NCBI GenBank assembly: GCA_013265495.1
Contig: MU058781.1
Span: forward strand, 6,910,522 to 6,974,521
DNA length: 64,000 bases
From: Vicugna vicugna
Lineage: Eukaryota
Direction of reading: 5' to 3'
Each line of letters begins with the position of its first letter. Position 1 is the stretch's first letter. The notes beneath the pieces are model-generated. The model saw only the letters and a list, made by a program, of their open reading frames with translations, was not told where the DNA came from and ran no database searches. Below are positions 51,277-64,000 of this stretch, in pieces. The position numbers were made by a program, and so were the translations under genes.

Positions 51277-51955
51277 GCACATGTTTTTAATAGGAATGAA
51301 AACCCACAATATTTTTCTTTGTGGCAGAACACTGTAAGCATTAGGTTTTGATTACTTTTTCATGGAAATTTTAATATGACAGAACTAGAAACTTCAAGGA
51401 AATAATTCCATAAAGATCTATTTGGAACTGAAGGCCTTTTTAATGAAAGATGTTTGAAGCTCGTCTGTGTGCTTAGCATCCGCAGAGCAATTCTTTGTGA
51501 GCCGAGTAAGGGTGGTAGATCCAATTCTGGCAGCCTCAGACGGTGGATGATTAGACCCTGCCACTCTTCTCCAGACCTTTAATTTGGTCTGTAACTTGAT
51601 GCTTCACTGGCCCCACACTCCCCCTGCCACGCTAGCTCAGAGAGGAATTGCTGGCACTCTGGATTGAATTTTTTTCCCCTCCCATCAATTAGAACATGTT
51701 TGCATGGGTTGCAGAATGCAGTTACATTTTTAGTTCAGTATTCTAAGAAATACCTTTAGCCACAAAGAGGAGACTCAGGGCAGCCAGATCACATATTGCC
51801 TTATTTAATTGTGCTATGTTAATTTCCCAGTGATTCAAGTATAATAGGCAGAAAGTCTTAAAACTGGAAGGCATTTTAGAAGTCATCTAGATTCTAATCA
51901 TTTCTTTCTATGGATGAGTATTAACGCAATTGTAGCCACAATCCAAACTTTGAGA

Positions 51956-52009
51956 ATAGACGTTAAATTTCATATTCTTTTCATAGACATTAAATTTCAT
52001 ACTCTTTCC
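51956..52009. repeat. 27-bp imperfect tandem duplication
   Basis: atagacgttaaatttcatattcttttc / atagacattaaatttcatactctttcc. Confidence 0.85.
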
Positions 52010-54536
52010 AGTTCTTGTGGTAGTGAGGACTTTGCTCATTTGGAATGAATTTATGGTCAATGTTGTAGGAATGGCACAAAGTAAGCTGCAAATCTCAGCT
52101 AGATTGCCAATGAAACTGAAAGTGTGACCTTAAGGGCAATGTAGGTCATTTACGAAGGCGGTGAACTATTGTAAACTAGCATCCTATGTTTTTCATTACT
52201 TTGGGTGGGGACTCTTTCAACTGACTGACAGGAGAAAAGTTCACTAAGAGAGATGAATATAAAGAGAGGAGAGTAAAGTGGTGGGGTGTGCGAAGAGCAT
52301 GACATACTAAGTCAGCAAATCGTTCAGAAATGGTTAGCCTTCAGACCCCTCCCTAGAGTTTTTATCTGAAATAGTAGAAACAATCATTGGAATTTCCAGC
52401 CCTTAAAACCCTACTTATGTAAGACTTGATATTTGAAAGTCCCACTTCTTAATATTTCTGCCTTTCAAGATCTTCTGTCTTAAAGACTTATCTTCCCAAG
52501 TTCCTAGGGTCGAGGATTGACAGAAGAATTTATCCTGGTATATAGGCCCAGAAGATTTGGATCCAATTTTAAGAAACCATATGGAGTCTAGGGGAGTATT
52601 CTTGCTAGTGCTCCAACTTGCTACCATTTATTTACTGAGGTACTTTTCATACATTAAAAAATACCTTCACGGCCTTGACAGATGGCTGTTACTATTCCCT
52701 TTATAAAGATCTGTAATTCAGAGGAGTTAAGCATCCTGACCAAGTACACATACCCCATTCAACATCGCACATTGCATCCCTAACGATGGCAAGATGTTGA
52801 TGGAATCCATAGACAATAGCTCGTTTGGGGATAGCTGGTACATTTCCGAATTCTGCAAAGGCTTTATAAAGTCTTCGTATGTTTTTATATTTTAGCTTAG
52901 ATGTGTTTAGTGTGTGGAGCGCAACAGTGCATGTTGATTTAATGATTAAAGACAATGACCACATTTAAAATGTATTCTAAAGTAGAATTAATCCTCAAAA
53001 ATCAAGATATCTTTAAGAATAGACTTAAGAACTTTGTGAAAGTTTGGTGATTCAGATTATATAACTAATTTGCCACTCTCTCCATTGCTCTGTACAAGTG
53101 ATTCTCTTTTTCATGGTACTGTTTTCTTCAAGGTTTTTTTTTTTTTTTAGAAATTCTGTCTTCTAGTGTTGTCCTGCCAGAGCAGTTATAAATTAAAATA
53201 TGTATTACTTTATTAAATTTACTTTCTTTTATGGCTCCTTGATGTTATAGTTAGGATGTTATATTTGTTTGGTTTTGAAAATACGGATGTAATTAAGCTA
53301 TATTTTTTATGAATTTCATTCCAAAATAGTAAAGGGGTAACCTACAAAATATTTGTTGCAAAAATGAGCATTAGTCTGAAAGGGTTGAGAGTCACTGCCC
53401 CATAAAGAACATTTCTTACTGAATCTGACACAAATAGAACTATTAAGCAGTAGATGTTTTACCTTTGGTTTCATGAGTTAATATTTTATTCAGCTTCTTT
53501 GGGCCTTTGTTATTTATTCCAGTTGGTTACCATTCAACCTTACATAAAGAGGTGAAGAGTTGTCTCCTTCAATTGTAACCCTGAAACTTCTGCCCCAGGA
53601 GAGAGTCTTTGCCCCAGTGCAAGGCTTCCTCTCTATGTTACCCGCATTCTTCCGTTGCAGTTTCTTCCATATCCCCAAAGGCAGACATTATTCTCTGTGT
53701 TAACTGGTTAATGGAAAATTTTTGCAAACGCTTTAAAGGCTCTGCAGCTAGGTTTAGTACAAATAGTAAATGTCTTGGCCATAACATTGGCACAGCCCAG
53801 CTTCCAGGTCTGCAGATTGGGGATGTTGGTGCCCGCATGTCAGGTCCTGTTTGCCCCCTTCCTCACCTGCACCCCCTCCTGGAGAGTGCAGAAGTACGTG
53901 ATGAAATTTTGCTTTACATCTTCAAGCAAGTTCTTGTAACTTAATACTTCTTTCCCATAGTATTTAATTAATCCAGATTTTTTTCCTTTTTAAAATAATA
54001 TTCTCCCGTAGCATACTTTAGTACCTTATCACTATTTAAATGTTTTTTTGGAAACCATGTGAGCAGAAAGAGGTAAGAGTATTTGGGGTATTGTATATCA
54101 ATTTGTGTGTAAATATATTTAAGTTTTAAGTAGGCTTATTAAGAAAGGTTAAGGAGCATGTTGGACGATGGACTAATTTTTACATTTTGGTTTTGGAAAA
54201 TGTAGAGGACTGTCAGAATCACCTCTCATCCCACCCCCAGAGATAAGCACATCTAACATTCCGGCATAACTTTTCTACTTTAAAAATTATGCATGTGAAC
54301 ATACATGTGTATGAATGTTGTTACAGAATTAAGATTTTTTCCCATGCATTCTTTTTATTAAAAATTTTTTAGCAGTAGATCATAGGAATTGCCCATGCTA
54401 GTTAACATTTTTCTTTAGCTATCTGGACTGTATTTTATTTGCTCACTTTTCTTCTGGTAGATTAAAAAGTATAGATCATATCTTAAATATCCAACTCTTG
54501 CTGTCTTTAAGGTTTCTGTTTGGTATTTTTATTTGC

Positions 54537-54645
54537 ATTCTTTTTATTGAAGTATAGTCAGTTTACAATGTTGTGTCAATTTCTGGGGTACAGCATAATA
54601 TTTCAGTCATACATACCCATACATTTGTTCATTTTAATATTCTTT
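54537..54645 (-). mobile_element. L1 extreme 3' end fragment
   Basis: tttttattgaagtatagtcagtttacaatgttgtgtcaatttctgg; same type as 4432-4625. Confidence 0.8.
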
Positions 54646-54875
54646 GTTTTTTTAATATATATATATGAGCTTGTCTTCCCTAATCAATGCCAGGAAGAAA
54701 TGGTATTAATAAACTTTTTTCTTTTAAGATGAGAAATCTGACACATTTCCTCTCTCTCTCCAGTTTCACCATTTCCTAGTTTTTGTTTTTTTGTTGATAT
54801 AATCTAGGATTATTAAAATCAAATTTATTATTATTAATAAACCCAGAAATCATTTATTTTATATTGGAAGAATTA

Positions 54876-54964
54876 CCTTTTTTTAATGGAGGTACTGGGG
54901 ATTGAACCCAGGACCTCATGCATGCTAGGCATGCACTCTACTACTGAGGTATACCCTCCTCCCC
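54876..54964 (-). mobile_element. Vic-1-like SINE
   Basis: atggaggtactggggattgaacccaggacctcatgcatgctaggcatgcactctactactgaggtataccctcc. Confidence 0.9.
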
Positions 54965-55557
54965 ACATTTTAAAATTTCCAGACAATAAAACAGGTTGAG
55001 GAGGCCAAGAAAATAATCATTAGAAGATGATTTTTTTAGAGTTGGTGGTGGATTCAAGTCTCTCATCCTCACCACAGAGAGAAGGATGTGTGATGCCTGC
55101 CTCTCAACTCAAATCTAGAGAAAGGGGTTTTATGCAGATCATTTGAGAGTGTAATGTGTATCCCTGCAGATTTGGAGATATAGAGACTCATGCCTGAGAA
55201 ATCAAAGGATAGGAGATTGGCTGGCTAGCTCCTCTGATGGTGAAGTGAAAGAGACATAGCTGTATTGTTCTATAGTTTGGTAGAACACAAAGTGCATGGC
55301 TTGTTCCTCAGAGACCAAGGGTAGATCACCATGCTGCAGAGTGAGCTAGCCAGGGTCACCTCAGGTCATGTGTAAGAGGACCACCTGGACCCCAGTAAGG
55401 TAAACTGAGAAGAGAGCCATAAGTAACCATCTGCAAGAAGGGATCTGTAGGTGAAAGATCCCCAGTGATGGGGATGGAGTTAAGGTTCTCCATTTCTGTA
55501 CTTTTCATTATCTTCATCACCATCCTATCCCTGGATCAAAAGAAAAAGTAAGCTTTT

Positions 55558-56065
55558 TAAGTGTCCATAAACTGATGAATGGATAAAGAAGATATGGTAT
55601 ATTTATACAGTGGAATACTACTCAGCCATAAAAAAGAAGGAAATAATGCCATTTGTAGCAACATAGATGGACCTAGAGATTATCCTACTAAATAAAGAAA
55701 GTCAGACAAATAAAGACAAATATTATATGATATCACTTATATGTGTAATCTAAAAAAATAGTGCAAATGAACTTATTTACAAAACAAACAGACTTACAAT
55801 CATACAAAACAGACTTATGGTAACCAGAGAAGAAGCAGGGGAGGGATAAATTAGGAGTATAGGATTAACAGATACCCACTGTTATATATAAATAGATAAA
55901 CAGTAAGGACTTACTGTGTAGTGCAGCGAACTATATTTAATATCTTGTATTAACCTATAATGAAAAAGAATACGAAAATGAATACGTATTTATATATCTG
56001 TATAACTGATCGCTTGGCTGTGCACCTGAAACATTGTAAATCAAGTATACTTCAATAAAAACAAA
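55558..56065 (+). mobile_element. 5'-truncated L1 (ORF2 end and full 3' UTR)
   Basis: gatgaatggataaagaag...ggaatactactcagccataaaaaag...atacttcaataaaa. Confidence 0.9.
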
Positions 56066-56422
56066 TTTTTTAAGTAAGATTTGAACACTCATAGATGACC
56101 AGCATTAAATCATTACATCTGTATCAGTCGAAGAATTTTCCTGCTGCCTCCTCTTCCCCTACCTCAGCCCTACTTTTGTATTAGAAAGTGGGGGGTAACC
56201 TAAATTAGCATATGGCTGAAGAGAGAAGAATCTTTATTTACCTTTCCCAATACACGAGGCCATACTTACCTGTAGGAGGGAGACGTTTAACTTTACATCA
56301 AGTTGGGAGAGTTTGAGTGCTGTATTAAATTGGACACATTAATTACAGAACTGTGATTGATTTTTTGGACTTAGAGTGACTTGAAAAGTCTTCATTATTT
56401 AAGACTGATTAGAAGAGTCATG

Positions 56423-56643
56423 ACAGATAACAGGATCCTGCTGTATAGCCCAGGGAACTATATTCAATACCTCATAATGGCCTTATAGTGAAAAAGATTA
56501 TGAAAAGGAATATACATAAATGAGTACATAAATCACTGTGCAGTATACCAGAAATTAGTGCATTGTAAAGGGACTATCCTTCAGTAAAAAAGAAACATAA
56601 AAAATTAAAAAGAAAGATATTTGAGAGTAGGAAAAAAAAAAAA
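56423..56643 (+). mobile_element. L1 3' end fragment with A-rich tail
   Basis: agataacaggatcctgctgtatagcccagggaactatattcaatacc; possible TSD core agtcatg on both sides. Confidence 0.8.
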
Positions 56644-57739
56644 GGAAAGTCATGGTAACTGTCCTGAATTTCATCCAAGGACAAGGGAAGAACCAGCCCC
56701 ACATAATAAACTTAAAGAGGCAGTGGAGGAAACAGATAAAGTCATTTTCTGATTACATCCCCATGAGCCCTGCTTGTTTATTATAAGGGTCACACATATG
56801 ACACCATTTGTAGTTTTTCAATGAAGCATAATTGGCAAGAGGGTGGAAGGGAAGGGCAGAGATGGTTATTATAGGAATCAAATTTACTCACAGGAATGTC
56901 ACAATAACTATTTTCATTTCTTAAAATCATGCTCAGAGAATTTTAACTAATCAATTAAGATATACATTAGGTAATTTTTAAGATGAGGCTTGCAGTCTGT
57001 TCCACAGCTGGGGAAATGATCTGAGATACTGCTTTTGTGTAATAAGCACATAAGACATTTTCCCCCTTCTGTTTCCAGAGAATCACAGAAGCAATAAACA
57101 GCTAAGATGAATTGTTCACCATTTGTATTCTGCCATTGATCAATTAAAAAAAAAGTATGTGTTCCTATAAAACAATAAAGATAATGCCCATAAGCCAATA
57201 AGCTCTAGAATAAACAAGAATGCTAATGGATGTCACTTTTCAGCTTTTGGAAATTTAAAAAGGACTTTAAACTATTAGCTTTCGTGTTATCTTCCCAGCA
57301 TTTGCAATGCTATTCAATCTAAGTCTTTTAATGGTAAAGGAGTGACAAGAGGACAATCTAAGTAATGTTTCTATTAATGTGTTCCTAAAAGTTGAAAAGA
57401 CAACTTGAAAAATATGTGAGTTGCACACAGAGTAATTACATTGACAAAGAACAAGTGTGGTTTATTCCATAGAAGTGGAACTTTGGACCCAGAGGTAGAA
57501 TGTTAGATTGACCTGCAAGGATAGAAGAAGGTGATGACTTGGCATGGGGATGTGAATGAGTCTTCAGTGGCTCGAGAGGAAATCCTGCTGTGCCCTGGGG
57601 ATCCTGAGGCCAGGGCCATGCTATTGTAGGACTTTGCTCAATGCTGTGTGCAGTTCCCTTAGTACAGTGGTTAGGAGCAAAAGTGCTAACAGTTGTGGGA
57701 CCTGGGGCATTTTATATCTTCAGCTATGGGGTCTTCCCT

Positions 57740-58010
57740 GTAGGAGGCAAAATTCTAAGATGTCTCTCCAGATTCCGCCTTCTGGTATACACCTCTATAA
57801 ATCCTCTCCCCTTGAGTGTGGCCGGAGCCTGGGAAGATGGTGGGATAGTTACTCCCATGATTATGTTCTGTTTTATAAGACTGGAGAGAGATTCTCCTGC
57901 TGGCTTGAAAGGAGCAAGCTGCCATGTTGTGAGGGGTCCATGTGACTAGGAGCCTGGAGCAGATACTAAGTCTGTGGTAAGTTGTTTCATGGCTACAGAA
58001 GATGCATACA
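57740..58010. mobile_element. MaLR LTR (MLT1E/F-like), internally deleted
   Basis: tgtaggaggcaaaattctaagatg...ctccccttgagtgtgg...gcaagctgccatgttgtgag...tgtggtaagttgtt. Confidence 0.7.
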
Positions 58011-58191
58011 TTTCCCATTTTCTCTAGTCTAACTCTCAATGTTATTACAAGCATATGCTGGAAATTCTTATTCTGTCCTCATGTCTCTTCACTTCATATG
58101 TTTTCCATTAAAATTGTTTCTCTGTATCATGCCCAAGACTTTCTTCAGATTTATCTTTCATTTCGCTAATTCTCTCTTCAGCTGGTTGCAC

Positions 58192-58470
58192 TCGTCAGCT
58201 TTTGCTTTGATAATATAGTGTAACAAACAACCTTAAAACCTCAGTGGTTTACAGCAGCACATTTCTCTTTGTTACTCACACTGCCCACCAGTGGCTGGGG
58301 GTTGGGTGCAGGGTCTTTGCTCCAAGGGGTGGGTCAAGTTCAGTTGACCCCCACATAGCTTCTCATTCTGAGAGGTTTTCATGGTGTGCAGGAGGGTTGG
58401 TGGAGACTTGGAATGTTCCCTAAAGCCTCTGCTTACTACGGGTAAAGTCTCACTTGGGCCTTTAACCAAA
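58192..58470. mobile_element. Old MaLR LTR fragment
   Basis: gtgtaacaaacaaccttaaaacctcagtggtttacagc motif. Confidence 0.55.
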
Positions 58471-61400
58471 AGTTGAGAAGAAAAAATTTAAGCAATAATA
58501 TACTATACTGAAGTGGTCTCCTTTTTTTTTTTAAATAAAGATATTTTAAATTCTAGATCTCTATGTCAAAATTTTTGTCTCTATCACAAAATCCTTGAAA
58601 TTTTGCTCTTTCACTTCATAACGTCTTATTCTTCACTTACATGTTCTGTTCCTCCTTTATCTTCCCCAACATTTTAAAAAATACTAAACTTCTCAGAGTG
58701 CCCTTATTATCTGTACTTTCGGTGGTAAACCCTCTTTTTTGACTTATCGGCTAGTCCCCTGTCTCCCTTGCTGGTTTGCTCGTGCCTTATCACCTTGGAC
58801 TGCACGTTCAGCATGTGAGTGCCACATGCCCTGGGTTGTGGAGGTGTTTCACATTTCTTTCATCGAGGTCTGCGTGCGTCCTCGGTTTGAGATCTGGTTT
58901 CCAATCCTGTGTGGTTAGAGTGCGTTTGAGTCCCTTCCTTGTTCTTCGGGCAGGCGTAAGTCTCTGATTTCTCATTGCTGACTCTCTTTCCATCTATATA
59001 TAGCCCAGCACCAGTGGCGTGCTTCTGTACTGCTTTCCTTCCAAGAGGATGGGGTTTTTCTCGTTATTCCACCCCGCTGACTTGATGTAAGGTGCTTACT
59101 TCTAGCTCCACGGAGTGGGTGAACGCCACACTCTAAGGTAAATATCCTATTTTCCTATTCCTACTAGGTCTTCAATTCCTAATCACTGTTGTGGGTTTTG
59201 GGTTTCTTTTTTTGTTTCTGGGAGAGTGCCCTTTCTTGCTTTCTGCCCAGCTATGTATTTAAAATAATTGGTTATATTTATCCAGAGCTTGTATGTGTCC
59301 GCAGAGAAGGTATGGTGTGGGGATGGAGCGGTCTTCTCAGACTGGCTCAGTGTGCCTCACTGACTACAAGTCCTTGACTACAAGTTCACTTTGTGATCTA
59401 CACGCCACCCTCATTCCATTGTTTATTGGAACTACATTGAATCTATACATTCATTTGGGGAGAATTTATGTATTGACAGTATTGAGTCCTTCCGTCTATG
59501 ACTCTGGTGTATATCCCACCTTTCATTTGAAACTTCTCTTTAATGTCCTACTGAAACTGGGCAATGAAAAAACAGGTACTGTATACTTACTGTTAAATTT
59601 AGTTCTGGCTTTTATACTTTATTCCCAGCTTGTTGAATATCATTCAAATTAATCATTATAGTTTTAAATTTAATTTCATAAATTTATTTTTATTGAAGTG
59701 TAGTCAGTTATGATGTGTCAATTTCTGGTGTACAGAATAATTAGTTTTAATTTGGTTGGACTAATTACTATTATTTAGCTCAATTTGCTTAGTGAATATA
59801 AAGTGACAAGCTTACTGGAATGATTCAAGTTCACATTTTCATTTATGAGTTTAGTCTTAACATGTTATAGTTTGGAAGTCTAAAATATGCACTTACCAAA
59901 ATTACTCAAAATGCATAAAGTAAAGCTTTTTGAAACATGAGTAAAACTAGAAACTACTAACAGAACAGTAAACTACTATGCATAATTTTTTTTACTTGAT
60001 GCATGTCAGAATCAGGATTTGTTAAATCGCTAGTCGAAAGAAGAAAATTTTGAAACCTAGGTCTGTGGCTAGACTGGGGAGCTCAGATTTAGGCAACAGA
60101 TACTGAGTGAGCAGCAAGATCTTCATTGCTAGGCTATGGTCAAGGTCAACTCAGGCACAACAGAAATGGTACATTCCCAAAGTGGCCTTGTAGAGAGGTC
60201 AGTCGAAACTCTGGGACCCCACCACCCTCTGTTGGCAGCGTATTGATGGGCTACCCTGGTTTCATGTACCCACAGTTTTGAAGGATTTTACAAAATTTAT
60301 TCTATTTTTTAATGAAAAAAATAGATGTATGGCACCACATGTCAGGTGATATAAGAATCTAAGGGGGCATTGCCAAATCAACCAAACCAAAATGGGCCAG
60401 TCTTGTAATAGGACTTGTGGGCTACAATATTCTTTATGTTGTCTGTAGTCATTCTGGTATGCTTAGAGAGCACCCTATATTAAAATTTGCTCATTTTAGA
60501 AAATTGTACCTTTGCTGTTTGCTTTTCTTCTTTTCGTATTATTTGAAAATATAAAAATATAAAGTCTTATATATGCATAGTTAACTACAAATCCACAGAC
60601 CTATTCTGAGAATATATTAGGAAGGTTGTGGAAAATAAAAAAGCCTTGTTATGTGAGTTACTAAAGTGAAATACACCTGTGAAAAACAAATGGGAAATCC
60701 ATTATTGACGTTGGAACTCATGTGTGATATTACAGTTACAAGTCAACTTATTCTTCAGGCATATACCTTCTTCACATTTAGCTGGTGTTTTTGTTTGTTG
60801 CTTGTTTGTATTTTTTACCATCTCCCTTATACGGGAATGAAGGAAGAAAATGAGGGTGAAGTCAAGTCAAATTTGTCGTATCTGAGAAGCCTGGTGAAAG
60901 TTTGTTAAGAATTGCTGTATAATAGCCTCCCTTTATATTTGCACAAAATTAAATGCACATTAAATAACTTTGTGATGCATTATTTCAGTTGGATCTCACA
61001 CAACCCTGTGAAGTAGATGGTGAAGTTCTTAACATTCATACCTTCCACAACCAAGGCCCACAAGTTGAAGTGACTTGCTCAAGGTCTTCTACTTAGAAAA
61101 GTGGTAGATTCTACCTGCAAATAGAAATGACTAAGGTGAGGTCTGTGGTTTGGGAAATAGTAATAAGTAAACCGCAAGTTTTGGATTATTAGGGATGATA
61201 TTTCATCTGTCTTATATGTTGCTGTCATTGGCATGAATAATTAAGAGTACAGTTTTCTCTTTGAATCAAAATGTCTTAGTAGTTTTATAAAGAGAAAGCC
61301 TTTTAAAACACAAAAAGAGGCTTGTCTTCGGAGAAACGAGGAGACAGATGCAGAAGGCAGTGTGATTTTGGGAAGTAACATTTACCCAGCACCTATTACG

Positions 61401-64000
61401 TGTTAAGCTCTGCGTGCAGCACTGTGCACAGGTGAGAGAAGAATTCTTATTCCCATTTCACACATGGCAAAACTGAGACTCACAAGGGTTTCAGTTCAGT
61501 CACTAGCGCAGGTTTAGTTACTAATGGAGAAGCAAGGATTTGAGCTTGGGCCAAAGCCTACTCCCCTTCTCTGTACAAGGCTGTCTGTGAAATGCAGATC
61601 TGATAGTAAAGCTTTCTCAACAACTGAACTGCAAGATGGAAACCAGGTGCCACCTTTCTTTTTACTACAGTCTCACCATGTCATCAATAAATCATTATTG
61701 CTTGCAGAGCCTTATTGATTCAACTCTGGAGGGCTCTTTTCTGATTGGCTCCATTGATTAATGTCGCGCTTAAAGCTGGAAAGAACCTCAGGGATTTAGG
61801 ATTTACAAACTAAAAGTATAGATCAGAATTCTTTTGTGGAACCTTTTCAAAATATACACACCACCTGATGAAGTAGGTCTGAGGTGTGGATGGGTATGTG
61901 TATTTGAAAAAGTTTCCTCGGTAATCTGATTCACTGTTCTGGTAAAGAACTCTCTCTCTTGTCTAATCCCTTTGTTGAGTGGATGAAAGTTTCCTTGGAA
62001 GGAAGAAAAGTGCTTCTAATTTAAGACTGCCTTGGTTAACACAGGCAGTTAGAAAGTTTAAGACTTAATGCTTCTATTTCTCTAGTTCTTTCTGAGCTCA
62101 TATTTCACTACCGTCAACTTGCAATTTAGTTTCTGACATAATGACTTGAGGCTTTAGGTAGACCTTTATTTTCAAAACAAATCTCTGTTTTCCTATAATG
62201 TGGATGAATGAACAATGCCCTATACTGTGTTTGGAGTTCAGAAATTGGGAGAAGCTCTGTAATGATAATAATTCAAGTTAGTTGCAAACAGCTGCAACAG
62301 AGAGCAGACCAGACTTCTGGGTCCATTGATTAACGTCATGCTTAAAGCTGAAAAGAGCTTCCGAGTCCAGTGCTGGAAGCCACACTGAGGTTTGTACAGC
62401 GTCACTGGGCCCAAGACTTAGCTCTAGGCAGGGAAATAATGTTTTTTTTTTCCTTTCTTTTTTTAAAACCAGTAAATTGATTTTACATGCACATATATCT
62501 GAAGTGATTAACAGCATGTATAGTTTATGACTTGGCTTCCCTCCCATGTCTGGTCGTCTTTAATGACTTTGAAACATGATTTCACAAATCTTGAGGTTTA
62601 TGCAAGGATAAAAGTTTCCTTCTTCAGTCAGGTAAAGCAGGCTCCTGGAAACAACTGGAAAGCAAGAGAGTCTTTTTGTTACATTGGATAGTTGGGAGAA
62701 AATCCCATGGAGGAATCTATCATTTGTGGAAGAGAAAAGTGCAGAGTTAATTTTAGGTTTTGTTGAGACCGTCTACTTTAGTTAATCAATAGCTAACCAG
62801 GGTGCTTTTCATTCATTAGGCCCCAAATTCAACTTCCTTAACGGCACAGATCAAGATATTTAATAACATAGGATCTGAATAACGTATTTTGGGTTCAAGT
62901 GACTTGCTTTATAGTCTACCTTTTATTAAAAAAGATTCACTTTTTAAAGAGAGTCATATGTCTAATTTCACATTTTCCTTCCTTGAAAAGGAGCTTCTTG
63001 TGTTCTCTCCATATTACATAAAATAAAAATTTTTTTCCTGTTAGGGTTATTCTTAATGATCAGGATTAAATATGAATGATTACATCTCCTCAACTGGTTG
63101 AAGAAAATGATCTTATTTCAGGTAAAATGTCATGAAACCATAATGCTACATGTTGCCTTGTAGAATTTAGAATTCTTTTAACACTGTAAGAAAAGAGACA
63201 GATGTAAGCAGAGAGAAATAGATAACAAAAAAAATAGTGCATCTAAGCGTGGTAAAATGTGGTCAGATCCAGAATGGACAGAAAACTTTTGCTTTGGTTA
63301 GGAAAACTGCCCCTAGACATGGTGTAGGGTTCTTTGAAGCAAGCCCTATGCAAGTTACATAATTCTTGAACAAAGTGAGATTTTTTTCTACTTCTCAGAC
63401 TATTTGGAAAAGAGCAAAATGGAACCAAAAAGCCCCAAACAACCCAACCACCAAGTAATCATCATTTTTGTATGAAATTAATGCTTCTATATTTGAATAT
63501 TATATTTTCAAGAGAATATATCCTGATTTTAGCACGGCCAGCACAACCAGTGAGACCTCCTGGATGTATTTATAAATGCAGGAAGTTAGGACTGTAGGCC
63601 TGTAAAGCTAGATGGGACCTCAGAAGCCATTCCTGGTCACTCGTTATTTTACAAGTGAGGAAACTGCTGTGGTTTACTACGGGCATTGGTTATCTCGTGA
63701 TTGAACAAAGGCTGTTGCTGAAGGGTCTTGATTCTTGGTAACATTCTTTTTATCTTCCTTCTGCTTATGATGAAAAAAATTAGGTACTTAGTAAAGTTGT
63801 GTATTCAATCAGAGAAGGTTCAATATCTAATTATTTATGATGTGTGGTAGTAACACTGTTTTCCAAATATTTCTGGCTTTCTGCCTTCAGTAGTGCATTT
63901 TCTGACGCCCACATGGTTGGATGGGGTTATGTGACCAGTTTGACCAATGATTTGCTAGCAGAATTGTGTGTCATTTCTGAAGGGGAGTGTGTGATCCATG

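Noticed and set aside
30220..54964. Six tRNA-Ala(AGC)-like sequences as possible tRNA genes
   Set aside because: All are mutually diverged and CpG-decayed with a shared A-rich tail, and most have clear TSDs, so they are SINEs.
59361..59385. tgactacaagt repeated twice, resembling a ZNF143 ACTACAA motif
   Set aside because: Lacks the TTCCC half and any promoter context; likely a small slippage duplication.
49500..64000. Search for RNF144B coding exons, processed pseudogenes or snoRNA/miRNA hairpins
   Set aside because: None recognisable by eye; ORFs are short and mostly repeat-derived. An Rfam/BLAST search would be needed to exclude small RNAs.

Overview
Mammalian genomic DNA, very probably a camelid, judging by six copies of a tRNA-Ala-derived Vic-1-type SINE and artiodactyl-type L1 3' ends. 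The window holds the last four coding exons and 3' UTR of KDM1B/LSD2 (+, 262-6719). Convergent with it is the complete DEK gene (-): non-coding exon 1 near 37479-37650 and 10 coding exons, giving a 1134-nt CDS (377 aa) with all junctions GT-AG and in frame, under a CpG-island promoter. A second CpG island at about 48.7-49.5 kb has a + strand splice donor and is most likely the distal first exon of RNF144B (synteny inference; no RNF144B coding exon is present). The rest is repeat-rich intronic or intergenic DNA (L1, L2, MIR, MaLR/ERV LTRs, hAT elements, SINEs). I found no evidence of a wholly new gene system. The best leads are three candidate stop-containing (poison) cassette exons in DEK introns, a KDM1B exon with 41/41 G/C-ending codons, a chimeric L1 inside one target-site duplication, a duplicated double-GATA unit, and a MER41-like LTR just upstream of DEK. 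Repeat family names and comparisons with human sequence are from recall, not from searches.
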